Translations under genes and position numbers: made by a program
Part shown: positions 18,574 to 27,623 of the stretch, in pieces
Numbering within the stretch: the stretch's first letter is position 1
How the letters are laid out: each line of letters begins with the position of its first letter
The notes under the pieces: generated by a model
Database searches by the model: none
Seen by the model: the letters and a program-made list of their open reading frames with translations, nothing else
What the model was told of the DNA's origin: nothing
Virus record (IMG/VR): IMGVR_UViG_3300032315_001715
Span: 186,001-250,000 of that record
Direction: 5' to 3' (one strand)
DNA: 64,000 nt

Positions 18574-19656
18574 TTATTCAATTCTCATTATGAATCTTGT
18601 CGGGCCAATCTGATATGGCACCAAGTTTGGAGTATTTATCACACCCGCCGACGTGGTAACGGTTTGGCCGTTGCACCATGCCCACTTGTTTGGTACCAAT
18701 ATATCGTCCCACAGCACGATACTCTTGACCGGGACTGGTAGATCATTGCTGCCGCTTATCACGCGACCAGTACCATCGACCGTCACATTGTTGTAGGTGC
18801 CAGGTGTTACTATCGTGCTGTTTAAGCTTACATTGATCGAGTAAACGGTACCGTTTGCAACCGCATTACCAATGGCATCACCGACGATCATCACATCGCT
18901 AGGGGGTGTGTATCCCAGCGCATAGAAAACATCCTGATCAATGAGAACGTTTGCATCAGAGATCGTGCCGTTTGAGTTGATTAAAACCTTGCTCCAATAA
19001 GAGCTGGTATTGATGTTTGAGTTTAATACATTGACCAAATTTGTTGTGATCACAACATCGTTGCTGCCATCAAACTTCACATTGCCGGTAACTGATCCGT
19101 CCAATGTAATGTTGCGCCCTGTGGCTAGAACGTTAGCCGATGTTGCGGTGCCGACAAACCGATAGCCGTTGGCATCAACCGCCATGGTGACACCTGGCAT
19201 GATACCTGATGGGAATCGAGACTTGAGGGCATAAGATGCGCCAGCTATTTCAACCTCATTAGAAAGCTGTGCCGGGCTCAACACATCATGGCTGATAGCA
19301 CAGATGATCTGCGCGGCGCTTAGGATCAAGGCAATTTCCACCGTAGGCGTGATGCTAACCGTAGCCGTTCCGGCATTGCCATTAAATGGCGGTGTTACCA
19401 CCAACCATTTTGATCCTTCCCAGACCTTTAAGCTTGAGCTCACCGTATCAAACCATACCTGCCCGGTAACCGGCATCGGCGGTGGGCTAGAGTTTGCAAA
19501 ATGCTGCATCAGAGCAACGAAATTCTCGTTTAAGGCCAGCCCAAAATTAACCGCATTTCGGCCGATCAGTGAGATGCTGGTCGACGTTGTATCAAGCGTG
19601 GAATCTTGCACCGATGCCAGAGGAGTACCGTCATAATTGGTAACGTTATAAACCAT
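18574..19656 (-). CDS. Fibre-like virion protein with a C-terminal tail-collar-type motif
   Basis: N-terminus paralogous to the ORFs at 60820 and 62658 (NYDGT.L..V.D..DTTS.SI); C-terminal PVKSIVLW...WAWCNGQ...TPNL. Confidence 0.7.
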   Translation of the reverse strand: MVYNVTNYDGTPLASVQDSTLDTTSTSISLIGRNAVNFGLALNENFVALMQHFANSSPPPMPVTGQVWFDTVSSSLKVWEGSKWLVVTPPFNGNAGTATVSITPTVEIALILSAAQIICAISHDVLSPAQLSNEVEIAGASYALKSRFPSGIMPGVTMAVDANGYRFVGTATSANVLATGRNITLDGSVTGNVKFDGSNDVVITTNLVNVLNSNINTSSYWSKVLINSNGTISDANVLIDQDVFYALGYTPPSDVMIVGDAIGNAVANGTVYSINVSLNSTIVTPGTYNNVTVDGTGRVISGSNDLPVPVKSIVLWDDILVPNKWAWCNGQTVTTSAGVINTPNLVPYQIGPTRFIMRIE

Positions 19657-19658
19657 TG

Positions 19659-19880
19659 TTAGATACCGCCTCCAGCTGCTTGATCCTCTGCGGATCCATA
19701 GATGATTTCAAGAAAATCTCCGCGCATGAGATTTTCTAAATCCTTTGCTGCTCGCATCTTCTTAAGCTTGTTCAGCGACAAGAGGGTGATGGTCGGCTTG
19801 CGACTGTCTTGAAAATCGCGCTGCATCAGCATGTCCTGATCGTCATTCCTAAAAGTAGGATTCAGTTCGGTAGCTTTCAT
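19659..19880 (-). CDS. Small portal-adjacent protein
   Basis: 73 aa with an RBS and late promoter; RKP.ITL..LNKLKKMR motif. Confidence 0.7.
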   Translation of the reverse strand: MKATELNPTFRNDDQDMLMQRDFQDSRKPTITLLSLNKLKKMRAAKDLENLMRGDFLEIIYGSAEDQAAGGGI

Positions 19881-19901
19881 GTGGTTCCCCTAAGATGCTG
19901 G

Positions 19902-19909
19902 TATTTATC
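19902..19909 (-). promoter_or_regulatory. Late promoter
   Basis: GATAAATA on the minus strand. Confidence 0.6.
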
Positions 19910-21680
19910 ACGATTCTACCGGTCCGAGCGCACCGGTGGCTGCTTCAGCACCACTTTCTCCGCCCTCAACAGGAGAAGTACCACCTGCTGCCCCAGGTTC
20001 GGCTTCCTCACCTCCCAGTGCCGCTTCCGGAGATTCAGCAGGCGCCGGACGTATCCCAACGGTTCTCAATCCAGGGTGATCCGAATCAGACACCGTAACA
20101 CCGATCTTTTCCTTGACCCGCTTGGCATTTTCTTGTTTCCACATTTCTTCGTTCTTGAGAACGTCGTCTTCGGACCATCCCAAATATCTCGTCATCGCAA
20201 ATCTCTTGCTGATGTATCGAGCCGCATCAGTCTGCATTAGGTTTGAGAACACCGAGATCTGTTCGGTATCAAGGGACATCTGTCGATACTGAGAAAAGCT
20301 CTGTGGCTCCCAAAATTGCAGCTCAAACGCACCGCTTTCAACTTCTATGCCTCGGCTCTTTAGATACAGCTTGAATTCCCTGTCTAGGACCGGAGCTAAC
20401 AGATTTTGTAATCGTTGGCAATACTTGGCAAAGCGGAATTCCTGCACATACGCTGTGCCGACCTTGCCGTCGTTGTAAACCGTAGAACCGTCATCCGGAC
20501 CTGTTGGGAGATAGCTCGAAGGTATGCCAAGTCCTCGTATCATCTTGTTGTTGAAATACTTAAGGTCATCGATCTGTCCCAGATTTTCACCACCCTGCAG
20601 GGTTTCAATGCGGGTTCCCTTGCCTTCTGAGTTGGTAGCCAGGAAATAATCCTCGTTGATTGCCAGTGGGCTGTAAGCCGCATCAAGGATGCTTTGACCG
20701 CCTCCGGTGCGGCTTGGTATGCGCCGCTGATAGATTTCATTCTTCATCCGCTCGACCACGGCTTGTGCTCGAGGTCCGCTTAGGCTGCCAGTGTCGATGT
20801 AAAACACGCGGCGTTCCGGTGCTCGAACGATTCGATAAATCAATATCGAGTCTTCTAGCAGATCCTTTTGCTTGTAAACCTTATAGATGCTTTCCAACAA
20901 CGAGGTACCAAATGGCCACTGGCTATCCATGCCTTCGCTGAGCGATAGATGGATGACGTGCGCTGCGTCGATGGCGATCTGATTAGGCATGCTGTCAAAT
21001 CGGCTGGTCCGAGAACCAGGACTGCTTGGTACACCATAGTTAATGGTACCTGCACCGGCTGCTGGGTTTGAGCTTCGAGGATACCCACCAGGGAAACTGT
21101 ATTGATCATGCACCAGCATGTTGGTACCAACCAATGACATTAGGTTGATGTCTAGATCCTTGATGACATATTGTTCAACTTCCTTGCCCTTGGCCTCGTT
21201 AACGATGATCTTTTCAACCTTAGTTGGATCAATCCATATGAGCTTGAAGGTTTCTGGATCCCTGATGTAGATTTGATCACCATACTTGATGGTGTTGCGA
21301 AATGCACGCCATACGCGCTGTTGCCAACGATTGAGACTACACCATTGGCCAAGCATCTCCTTGAGAAGCTTGATCTCAGTGTCGCTCATGTTCTCTTTAT
21401 AGGTAATGGTAAACGGTTCGGCACCAGGTTCATGGTTCTGGGTTGAATAATCAGCAATGATATCAAGACCTTTGTTGATTTCAGAATCGAGATCCATTTG
21501 TTCATATTGGATGTATCTCTCAACCCTGTTTGGGGCACCGCTATAGACTTCTGGTAGATAGCTTGAATATTTGGCTCCAGAACCTGCCGATCCACCTGAC
21601 TGCCCGTTCCTGCTGTCTATACGCTGTACCAACCTCTGTTGTGTTGGTACCGTTGAGAAATATTTCTTCCATGAGGCCAT
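19908..21680 (-). CDS. gp20: Portal protein (gp20-like)
   Basis: LLEDSILIYRIVRAPERRVFYIDTG, EDYFL...EGKGTRIETLQGGENLGQIDDLKYF...L.IPSSYL. Confidence 0.96.
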   Translation of the reverse strand: MASWKKYFSTVPTQQRLVQRIDSRNGQSGGSAGSGAKYSSYLPEVYSGAPNRVERYIQYEQMDLDSEINKGLDIIADYSTQNHEPGAEPFTITYKENMSDTEIKLLKEMLGQWCSLNRWQQRVWRAFRNTIKYGDQIYIRDPETFKLIWIDPTKVEKIIVNEAKGKEVEQYVIKDLDINLMSLVGTNMLVHDQYSFPGGYPRSSNPAAGAGTINYGVPSSPGSRTSRFDSMPNQIAIDAAHVIHLSLSEGMDSQWPFGTSLLESIYKVYKQKDLLEDSILIYRIVRAPERRVFYIDTGSLSGPRAQAVVERMKNEIYQRRIPSRTGGGQSILDAAYSPLAINEDYFLATNSEGKGTRIETLQGGENLGQIDDLKYFNNKMIRGLGIPSSYLPTGPDDGSTVYNDGKVGTAYVQEFRFAKYCQRLQNLLAPVLDREFKLYLKSRGIEVESGAFELQFWEPQSFSQYRQMSLDTEQISVFSNLMQTDAARYISKRFAMTRYLGWSEDDVLKNEEMWKQENAKRVKEKIGVTVSDSDHPGLRTVGIRPAPAESPEAALGGEEAEPGAAGGTSPVEGGESGAEAATGALGPVES

Positions 21681-21712
21681 TTGATAATATCCGCCGTGTT
21701 AAACTTGGCAGA

Positions 21713-21720
21713 TATTTATC
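21713..21720 (-). promoter_or_regulatory. Late promoter for the portal gene
   Basis: GATAAATA on the minus strand, upstream of ATG 21680. Confidence 0.6.
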
Positions 21721-21753
21721 GTGAAAGATCGAGTTGCGTTTTTAACCGTGCAT

Positions 21754-24700
21754 TTACACGGTTGGGCCGCTCCTATAAATCGCAGTGGCGATCTTGTCCG
21801 AGTTAGAAGTCGCTTCGTCTCGGGTCTTATCAAGGACGTAATTAGCACGTTCCAATGCCGCTATCATCATGTTCATTCGAAGCAGGCTTTCGTCGTAGTA
21901 TTTTACCGTACGATTGTTAAGCTCCTCGGTCGTTAAGATCGGAGCAACGGTCTTAACCGTTTCGGTGGTCTCATTTTTCTTAAAGGATTCATTTATCAGG
22001 GAAGATATTGAGCCAAGATATGGGTCCGGATTTTTGAATGCCACACCGGTCATGTTCTCCATTGGATTCGATGATTGGCTAAATTCAGATCTTATTGAGT
22101 CAAGGGTGTTTTCAACACTGCGAATCTGCTGAAGATCAGCAGATATACCTGCTATTGAATTGTGCATCATTCCAAATCGTTGCACCATACCGGCTATGTA
22201 TGATTCACTTTCAAAGTCAACACGGATCTTTTCTAGATCAAGCATGATTGCTGCCAATGATGTTCGAACAAGTCCAAATCCATCCAACATCTTCGTCATG
22301 TCGATTGGATCAATTCGGATCTTTTCTAGATCAAGCTTGATTGCTGCCAATGATGTTCGAACAAGTCCAAATCCATCCAACATCTTCGTCATGTCGATGT
22401 CAATTGGGTCAACACGGATCTTTTCTAGATCAAGCATGATTGCTGCTAGTGATGTTTGAATCAATCCAAATCCATCAGCAATGGTTGTTAAATAAGATTC
22501 TTTAGCGATTTCTGATGTAATGGATCGCATAGTATCCAATGATTCAACGGTTTCGTAAAACCCTTCGGCATCATTGATGACTTCTTGCCAAGCCGACGAC
22601 ATTGTTGATACCGCCTCATAAACACCCTCAGCATCGTTGATAACTTCCTGCCAACCGGCATCCATCGACATTGGTCGCACAAGTGGATTAAAATCGTTGA
22701 TAATTTCTTGCTGATCAAAATTCATTGACATGGGTCTTGCAAGGGATTCGGCACCAAACGGTGACCCAAGCAACCCACCGGGGCTTGATACTGGATTGAT
22801 TTCAGACATTAACGATCTAATCGTTTCAATTGTTGATTGTAGACGTTCTCGACTTAGATCCGAATTGAGTATTGTACCAATGTTACCAAGAAGTGTTGCC
22901 ATTTGCCTAAGTCGATCAAAACTTTGTTCCGGTATCGTCATCAGCTGTTCGGTAGTTACTGCGCTAATCTGGCGTACCAACGATGATACAACATCTATTA
23001 ACGGTTGTACCTGTCGCGTGTTAATACCTCCCCTGAATATTTGGCCAATTCGGTCAAACATGTTACCAATCGTGTTGATCCGTGCCAGGTTTGCGTCGTT
23101 AAGCAGTGTCAACAGATCTGATATCTTATCCCTAAATTGTGTGATATTGGTTGAAGATTCGTCTAACGCTAGTCCGACACTGACCAATCTATCTAGTTTT
23201 GTCGCAGGATCAACCGTTATAAGTCGACCTAACCCTTCGCTGAGGCTTTGCAATATTCCTGGATTAAATCCTTCTAGAGCGCGTTTCATGGCTTCAATGC
23301 CACGAGCAGAACCTTCTAAGTTATTGCTAGAAATTTCGCTGAGGGCAGTGATTTGCCTCGTAGTAGCGTCAACGTTAGCGGTTCGCAGTTCCCTAAAAGA
23401 ATTGACCATGTTTGAAAGCTGGGTACCAACTGACGTAACAACCTGAGATACACCAGAGAATGCCGAATCAATTGCCTTTCCAACGCTGTTCACCAGCGCA
23501 GAAACTCCTTCAAATCCAGATCTAATTCCAGTACCAAAACTCTGTGCTGCTGATCCAACACTCCGCAATAGTTCGCCTGCTCCGGATAGTCCTTGGTTGA
23601 TTGCAGTACCAAAACTCTGTGCTGCTGATCCAACACTCCGCAATAGTTCGCCTGCTCCGGATAGTCCTTGGTTGATTGCAGTACCAATACCGGTAAGAAG
23701 TGCGCCTGCCCCGGATAGTCCATCCCTGATAAAGGTTCCAATATTTCCGATAACCGACCCAAAGCTTTGAACGATTGCCGCACCACCGACAAATACTTCT
23801 CGTATCATCTTACCAAGTGGTTCAAGTGCGGGCGCGGCTAATCTCAACGCACCGGCCAATCCAATTATTGCAGCGGTTATGATCGCTATGGCAGGAGCTG
23901 CTGCAACCACCGCTGCGCTAAAGGAGGCAGCAGCTGGTACCAATGCCCTAAGCGTACCGCCAAGTCCCCGAGCCGCTGCTGCTGTTCCTGCGCCCCTGGC
24001 GGCGCCTGCGGCCGCGCCGCCACCTCCCGCCGCAGCAGCGCCACCACCACTGCTAAGACCGCCGAGCCTACCTAATCCTCGTAATGCACCAAGACCGGTT
24101 CTGACCATTAACAATCCCATAAGTGCCACGGCTGCTGTGATAACCGCAGGCGCTGCTAGTATTCCGGCAGCCATTATCGCATATCCTGTACCGGCACCTC
24201 CGCCGAACATTCCGCCAAGACCTTTAGAAAACTCGTGAATGGATCCAAAATCAGGCAACATAGCCCTAATGGCGGTGCCAAATTCTCGAACGTCTTTCAT
24301 GAAATCGCTAAATCCGCCTTGGCCCTCTTCCTTGTCTAACCACTTGAAGAAGTCATCAAATGCCGTTGTTATTCTAGTGATTATGGATTCCATATTATTT
24401 TTTAGATAATCACCGAATCTAGTTATATACGGTCCGAGTTTTTCTCTAATGGTTGTTGATGCTGTTGTTAGAGATCGTCCAAACTGTCGCAGAATCGGAG
24501 CAAGGCCTCTTGCCACATCACCTAGCAGTGCTGTTACCGTGTTGCCAATTGAACTAATTCCGGCATTAAATTCATTGAATGCTTCTTGGCTCTCGGACAA
24601 GTTTCGCCGTTGGATATCCTCGGCTTCCCGTTCTTCGGTCGTGAGCAATGCTCGGCGTGCCTGCTCTTGTCTAAACGCTTCTGATCCCTGCTGCAAACCT

Positions 24701-25989
24701 CGAACGAAATTATAAAGCTCTGGTCTTGCTGCACGCAGGGCTTTCATTTGATCTTCTGTCATGTTAGCAAAGATAGCAGACATGCGTTCAGATGCCTGTT
24801 GCGCATCTAGGTTGCCGGATCTTAATCCGGCCGTAACATCCTCGAGAGATGTTGCAAATCCGGGGACAATTGACAGCAGCGGACGCATGGATTCACTGAT
24901 CAACGCAGGTCCGCCCATGAACATGCCTTCTATCATTTCTCCTAACTGTCCGGCACCTGCGGCGCCAAAAGTAGCGTTCAACGCCGCGGTTAAACCTCGA
25001 ACACTACCGGCACCTGCCGTGCCTGCTGCGCGCTGTAGTCCATACATTCTTGTGGTTCTTAACAATTCTGCGGTTGATTTTCTTAGCTCGTCTCGATTCC
25101 TACCAGTTGCTTGGCTCAGTTGATCGAAGTTTCTCACCGTATCCATCGTTCGACCGACGATCTGTTGATCAGTAAGACCCCGTATCTCACCGCTTTGGCG
25201 CATCATTTCGATGGTTTCTAGCGATGCGGTGGTCATTTCGCCCTGCGTCATTATGAAATCAGCACCGCGCCGAGACATCTGGCTCATCTGTCCAGCCAAT
25301 CTCTGCACACGTTGAGTACCAAGAGATGCGGTAACCGCACCAAAGTTACCCATGATACGGCTAAACGCACCGAGCCCTAAGCCAGCTTGCGTAGCAGCAT
25401 CTGCAAATGAATTAAACCCTCCCTCGGCTGGCCGTATGCCCTGTGCATATAATCCACGAGACATGTCGGTGGTGGTCTTGAGTGCGTCGATCAATCCTCC
25501 GGTAACCACGGTAAGTGTTGCAAACGCGCTGGTAACTATACCGAGACCTGTACCAAAGACGGGTACATTGTTTCGTAAAACCTGGCCAAATCTACCAATT
25601 CCTGCCCCGGCATCAGTTAGCGACCTGCTGAAATCAGTTGTATCAGATTGTCCAATTTTCATACCGGCTTGCATGTTGGTGAGAATTGACTTACCTTGCT
25701 TTGCCGCCGGCGGTAATTTATCATCACGATCGCGACTGCTGCCCCGTCGGCGATATTCATTGTTGGTTTGACGCGTTTGTTGATTGGTGTTTTGTATTTC
25801 CTTGGTCAGCTTGTCGATAGCAGCTTGGTCCAACCCACCTGACTTTGCCAGCTGACCGAGCAGTCTCAAACTGATGTTGGAATTTCTAAGGATGCTTTCA
25901 AGCGTGGTTTCCTTGGCCCACCCTAGGGTGCCCAGTTGGCGCAGTGCTTGATCGTCTATGTTTGTTATGCTGGAATCTTGATCTGCCAT
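21754..25989 (-). CDS. Tape-measure-like protein (1411 aa)
   Basis: Long A/G/Q-rich helical ORF with hydrophobic segments and internal repeats; divergent from the gp26-like gene. Confidence 0.75.
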   Translation of the reverse strand: MADQDSSITNIDDQALRQLGTLGWAKETTLESILRNSNISLRLLGQLAKSGGLDQAAIDKLTKEIQNTNQQTRQTNNEYRRRGSSRDRDDKLPPAAKQGKSILTNMQAGMKIGQSDTTDFSRSLTDAGAGIGRFGQVLRNNVPVFGTGLGIVTSAFATLTVVTGGLIDALKTTTDMSRGLYAQGIRPAEGGFNSFADAATQAGLGLGAFSRIMGNFGAVTASLGTQRVQRLAGQMSQMSRRGADFIMTQGEMTTASLETIEMMRQSGEIRGLTDQQIVGRTMDTVRNFDQLSQATGRNRDELRKSTAELLRTTRMYGLQRAAGTAGAGSVRGLTAALNATFGAAGAGQLGEMIEGMFMGGPALISESMRPLLSIVPGFATSLEDVTAGLRSGNLDAQQASERMSAIFANMTEDQMKALRAARPELYNFVRGLQQGSEAFRQEQARRALLTTEEREAEDIQRRNLSESQEAFNEFNAGISSIGNTVTALLGDVARGLAPILRQFGRSLTTASTTIREKLGPYITRFGDYLKNNMESIITRITTAFDDFFKWLDKEEGQGGFSDFMKDVREFGTAIRAMLPDFGSIHEFSKGLGGMFGGGAGTGYAIMAAGILAAPAVITAAVALMGLLMVRTGLGALRGLGRLGGLSSGGGAAAAGGGGAAAGAARGAGTAAAARGLGGTLRALVPAAASFSAAVVAAAPAIAIITAAIIGLAGALRLAAPALEPLGKMIREVFVGGAAIVQSFGSVIGNIGTFIRDGLSGAGALLTGIGTAINQGLSGAGELLRSVGSAAQSFGTAINQGLSGAGELLRSVGSAAQSFGTGIRSGFEGVSALVNSVGKAIDSAFSGVSQVVTSVGTQLSNMVNSFRELRTANVDATTRQITALSEISSNNLEGSARGIEAMKRALEGFNPGILQSLSEGLGRLITVDPATKLDRLVSVGLALDESSTNITQFRDKISDLLTLLNDANLARINTIGNMFDRIGQIFRGGINTRQVQPLIDVVSSLVRQISAVTTEQLMTIPEQSFDRLRQMATLLGNIGTILNSDLSRERLQSTIETIRSLMSEINPVSSPGGLLGSPFGAESLARPMSMNFDQQEIINDFNPLVRPMSMDAGWQEVINDAEGVYEAVSTMSSAWQEVINDAEGFYETVESLDTMRSITSEIAKESYLTTIADGFGLIQTSLAAIMLDLEKIRVDPIDIDMTKMLDGFGLVRTSLAAIKLDLEKIRIDPIDMTKMLDGFGLVRTSLAAIMLDLEKIRVDFESESYIAGMVQRFGMMHNSIAGISADLQQIRSVENTLDSIRSEFSQSSNPMENMTGVAFKNPDPYLGSISSLINESFKKNETTETVKTVAPILTTEELNNRTVKYYDESLLRMNMMIAALERANYVLDKTRDEATSNSDKIATAIYRSGPTV
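22217..22474. repeat. Three near-identical 93/99-bp in-frame repeats in the tape-measure gene
   Basis: CGGATCTTTTCTAGATCAAGC recurs at 22223, 22316 and 22415 (LAAIMLDLEKIRVD.. units). Confidence 0.9.
23529..23687. repeat. Exact 75-bp tandem duplication in the tape-measure gene
   Basis: CAGTACCAA unit starts at 23529, 23604 and 23679; encodes GTAINQGLSGAGELLRSVGSAAQSF twice. Confidence 0.92.
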
Positions 25990-26029
25990 ATTTCTTACCG
26001 CATTGATGGAAATATACCCGGTTAATCCT

Positions 26030-26037
26030 GGTAAATA
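26030..26037 (+). promoter_or_regulatory. Late promoter
   Basis: GGTAAATA upstream of the gp26-like gene. Confidence 0.5.
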
Positions 26038-26067
26038 CCCATGACTTCTATTTATGGGACCAAAACC

Positions 26068-26922
26068 ATGTCATCAAATCCACTCAAGAGATACTTTCGC
26101 CAACCGTCACTGTATGTGAGACTACCAAGCCGAGGGCTTTGGTACAAGAACGGTGAGGTTAGCATGACCGAGGACAATGAAGTAGCCGTGTATCCCATGG
26201 CTGCCATCGACGACATCATGCTCAACACTCCAGATGCCATGCTCAACGGACAAGCGCTGGAAAAGGTTGTTACCAGCTGCGTGCCAGACGTGAAGAACGT
26301 CAAGCGATTAACCCTGCCGGACCTCGAAGCCATTTTTGTCGGCATCAAGTCAGCTACCAACAACGGCAAGGTCGAATACGATCGCAAGTGCCCAAGCTGC
26401 TCACACGAAAACACCTTTGATTTAAACTGCCAAGCCTTGCTTGACAACACATCCTTTGTTGACGACGGTGATCTTGCCATGAAGTTCAATGACGATCTCA
26501 TCGTGCATGTGAAGCCGTATGATTTTGAAATGCGCCAGCTGTTCATCAAGCGAGAGTTTGAGGAAGAACGCGCCATGCGTGCGTTAGAAATGTCCAATCA
26601 GGAAATGGACGACATCACCAAGGCCGCGGTGCTGGGTGAAAGCGTTGATCGTCTCAGCCACATCACCTTTGAGCTAGTAAGCCGCAGCATTGAAAAGATT
26701 GAATTGATCAAGGAAGGCGCTACAGTAACTGATCGAGCACATATCAGTGAATGGTTGATGGGTATCAGCAAGCAACAAGCCGATTTGGTCATCGAGGCGG
26801 TAAACAAGCTCAATGCCGTGGGAGTTACCAAGAAGGTGCCAGTGGTTTGCGAAAGCTGTGGTAACCAGTGGGAGGATGCGCTGAGCTTTGACCCAACAAG
26901 TTTTTTCGCCAAACGCTCCTAA
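26068..26922 (+). CDS. gp26: Baseplate hub assembly protein/tail assembly chaperone (gp26-like)
   Basis: NPLKRYFRQP.LYVRLPS.G, M...D...L.TPD...NG, CPSCSHEN, C..CG...E..L.FDPTSFF. Start could also be 26041. Confidence 0.85.
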   Translation: MSSNPLKRYFRQPSLYVRLPSRGLWYKNGEVSMTEDNEVAVYPMAAIDDIMLNTPDAMLNGQALEKVVTSCVPDVKNVKRLTLPDLEAIFVGIKSATNNGKVEYDRKCPSCSHENTFDLNCQALLDNTSFVDDGDLAMKFNDDLIVHVKPYDFEMRQLFIKREFEEERAMRALEMSNQEMDDITKAAVLGESVDRLSHITFELVSRSIEKIELIKEGATVTDRAHISEWLMGISKQQADLVIEAVNKLNAVGVTKKVPVVCESCGNQWEDALSFDPTSFFAKRS

Positions 26923-26948
26923 CCGGTGATCCAGATCTCATTGTTGAG

Positions 26949-27143
26949 ATGATCAACACGATGGAGCGCAATCGAAAGGCCATAACCAAGGATCTTTCCA
27001 CATTGGTTTTCTACATGCAGGGCGGGCTTAGTTTCGAGGACAGCCATTTGTTGTCTGCTGATCAGCGATCAGCCATGTCAAAGGTCATTGAGAAACACTA
27101 CGAAGCGGCAAGCGGCAAGAGCAACAGCAAGCTAATTGGGTGA
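26949..27143 (+). CDS. gp51-like small hub assembly protein; probably also made as the -1 frameshift extension of gp26
   Basis: YMQGGLSFEDSH.LS..QR pattern; the frame is open back through the slippery site at 26901-26907; weak RBS. Confidence 0.65.
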   Translation: MINTMERNRKAITKDLSTLVFYMQGGLSFEDSHLLSADQRSAMSKVIEKHYEAASGKSNSKLIG

Positions 27144-27620
27144 TGGGCTAACGCCCATCAGTTGTGTGTTTCTTTCGATTCGCAAGCTCATCTCTTTCAA
27201 CACACAACGCATTTATCTACGTCTGATTCTGATAGATTTGAAGCCATTCTTCTCCCCTTGCGGGGAGAGGATTGGTCCGCTTCTGATGAGTCGTCGGCCA
27301 TGCTGCAATCACCCTTGGTTCTGATCAACCAGCTGGCGGAACGCCTATTTCCAGCTTGCGGGTGCTACTCTCGGGACCATCAGTCCCACGTTCGGTTATG
27401 GATTTTCTCCAAGCCGCGAGGCTACCATGCAGGGGCAGGCCACGCGTCACGGGGGTGTTGTCACACGGATCCCGTGATCCTTTTCGCGATTTTTCTGGCG
27501 GGAGCTGTCAGCAGATCTCCCGTGGTGAGTTTGATAACCTCGCCGTTATCCTTTCACCAGGTGGCAACACCACCATGATTGGGCCAGTATGTGATCAGTA
27601 TAGTCTAGATGATATGTTGT
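27141..27620. ncRNA. Candidate large structured non-coding RNA (strand unresolved, minus favoured)
   Basis: Dense stems with no credible ORF: TGATGGGC/GCCCATCA, GTTGTGTGTT/AACACACAAC, TCTCCCC/GGGGAGA, AGCTGG/CCAGCT, GGGAC/GTCCC, TCACGGG/CCCGTGA, CGGGAG/CTCCCG, GATAAC/GTTATC, GGTG/CACC. Confidence 0.55.
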
Positions 27621-27623
27621 ATT

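Noticed and set aside
23529-23687. Direct repeats as a possible CRISPR array
   Set aside because: Units are 75 bp, contiguous without spacers, and in frame within the tape-measure gene.
27283-27345. CTGATGAG resembling a hammerhead ribozyme core
   Set aside because: No stem II closing onto a GAAA (only GGAAC follows) and no matching stems I/III, so it is not called.
27410-27610. Group I intron P7-like pair (GAGGCTA ... TATAGTC)
   Set aside because: Only a weak 5-bp match, and no interrupted gene flanks it. The region is kept as an unassigned structured RNA candidate.
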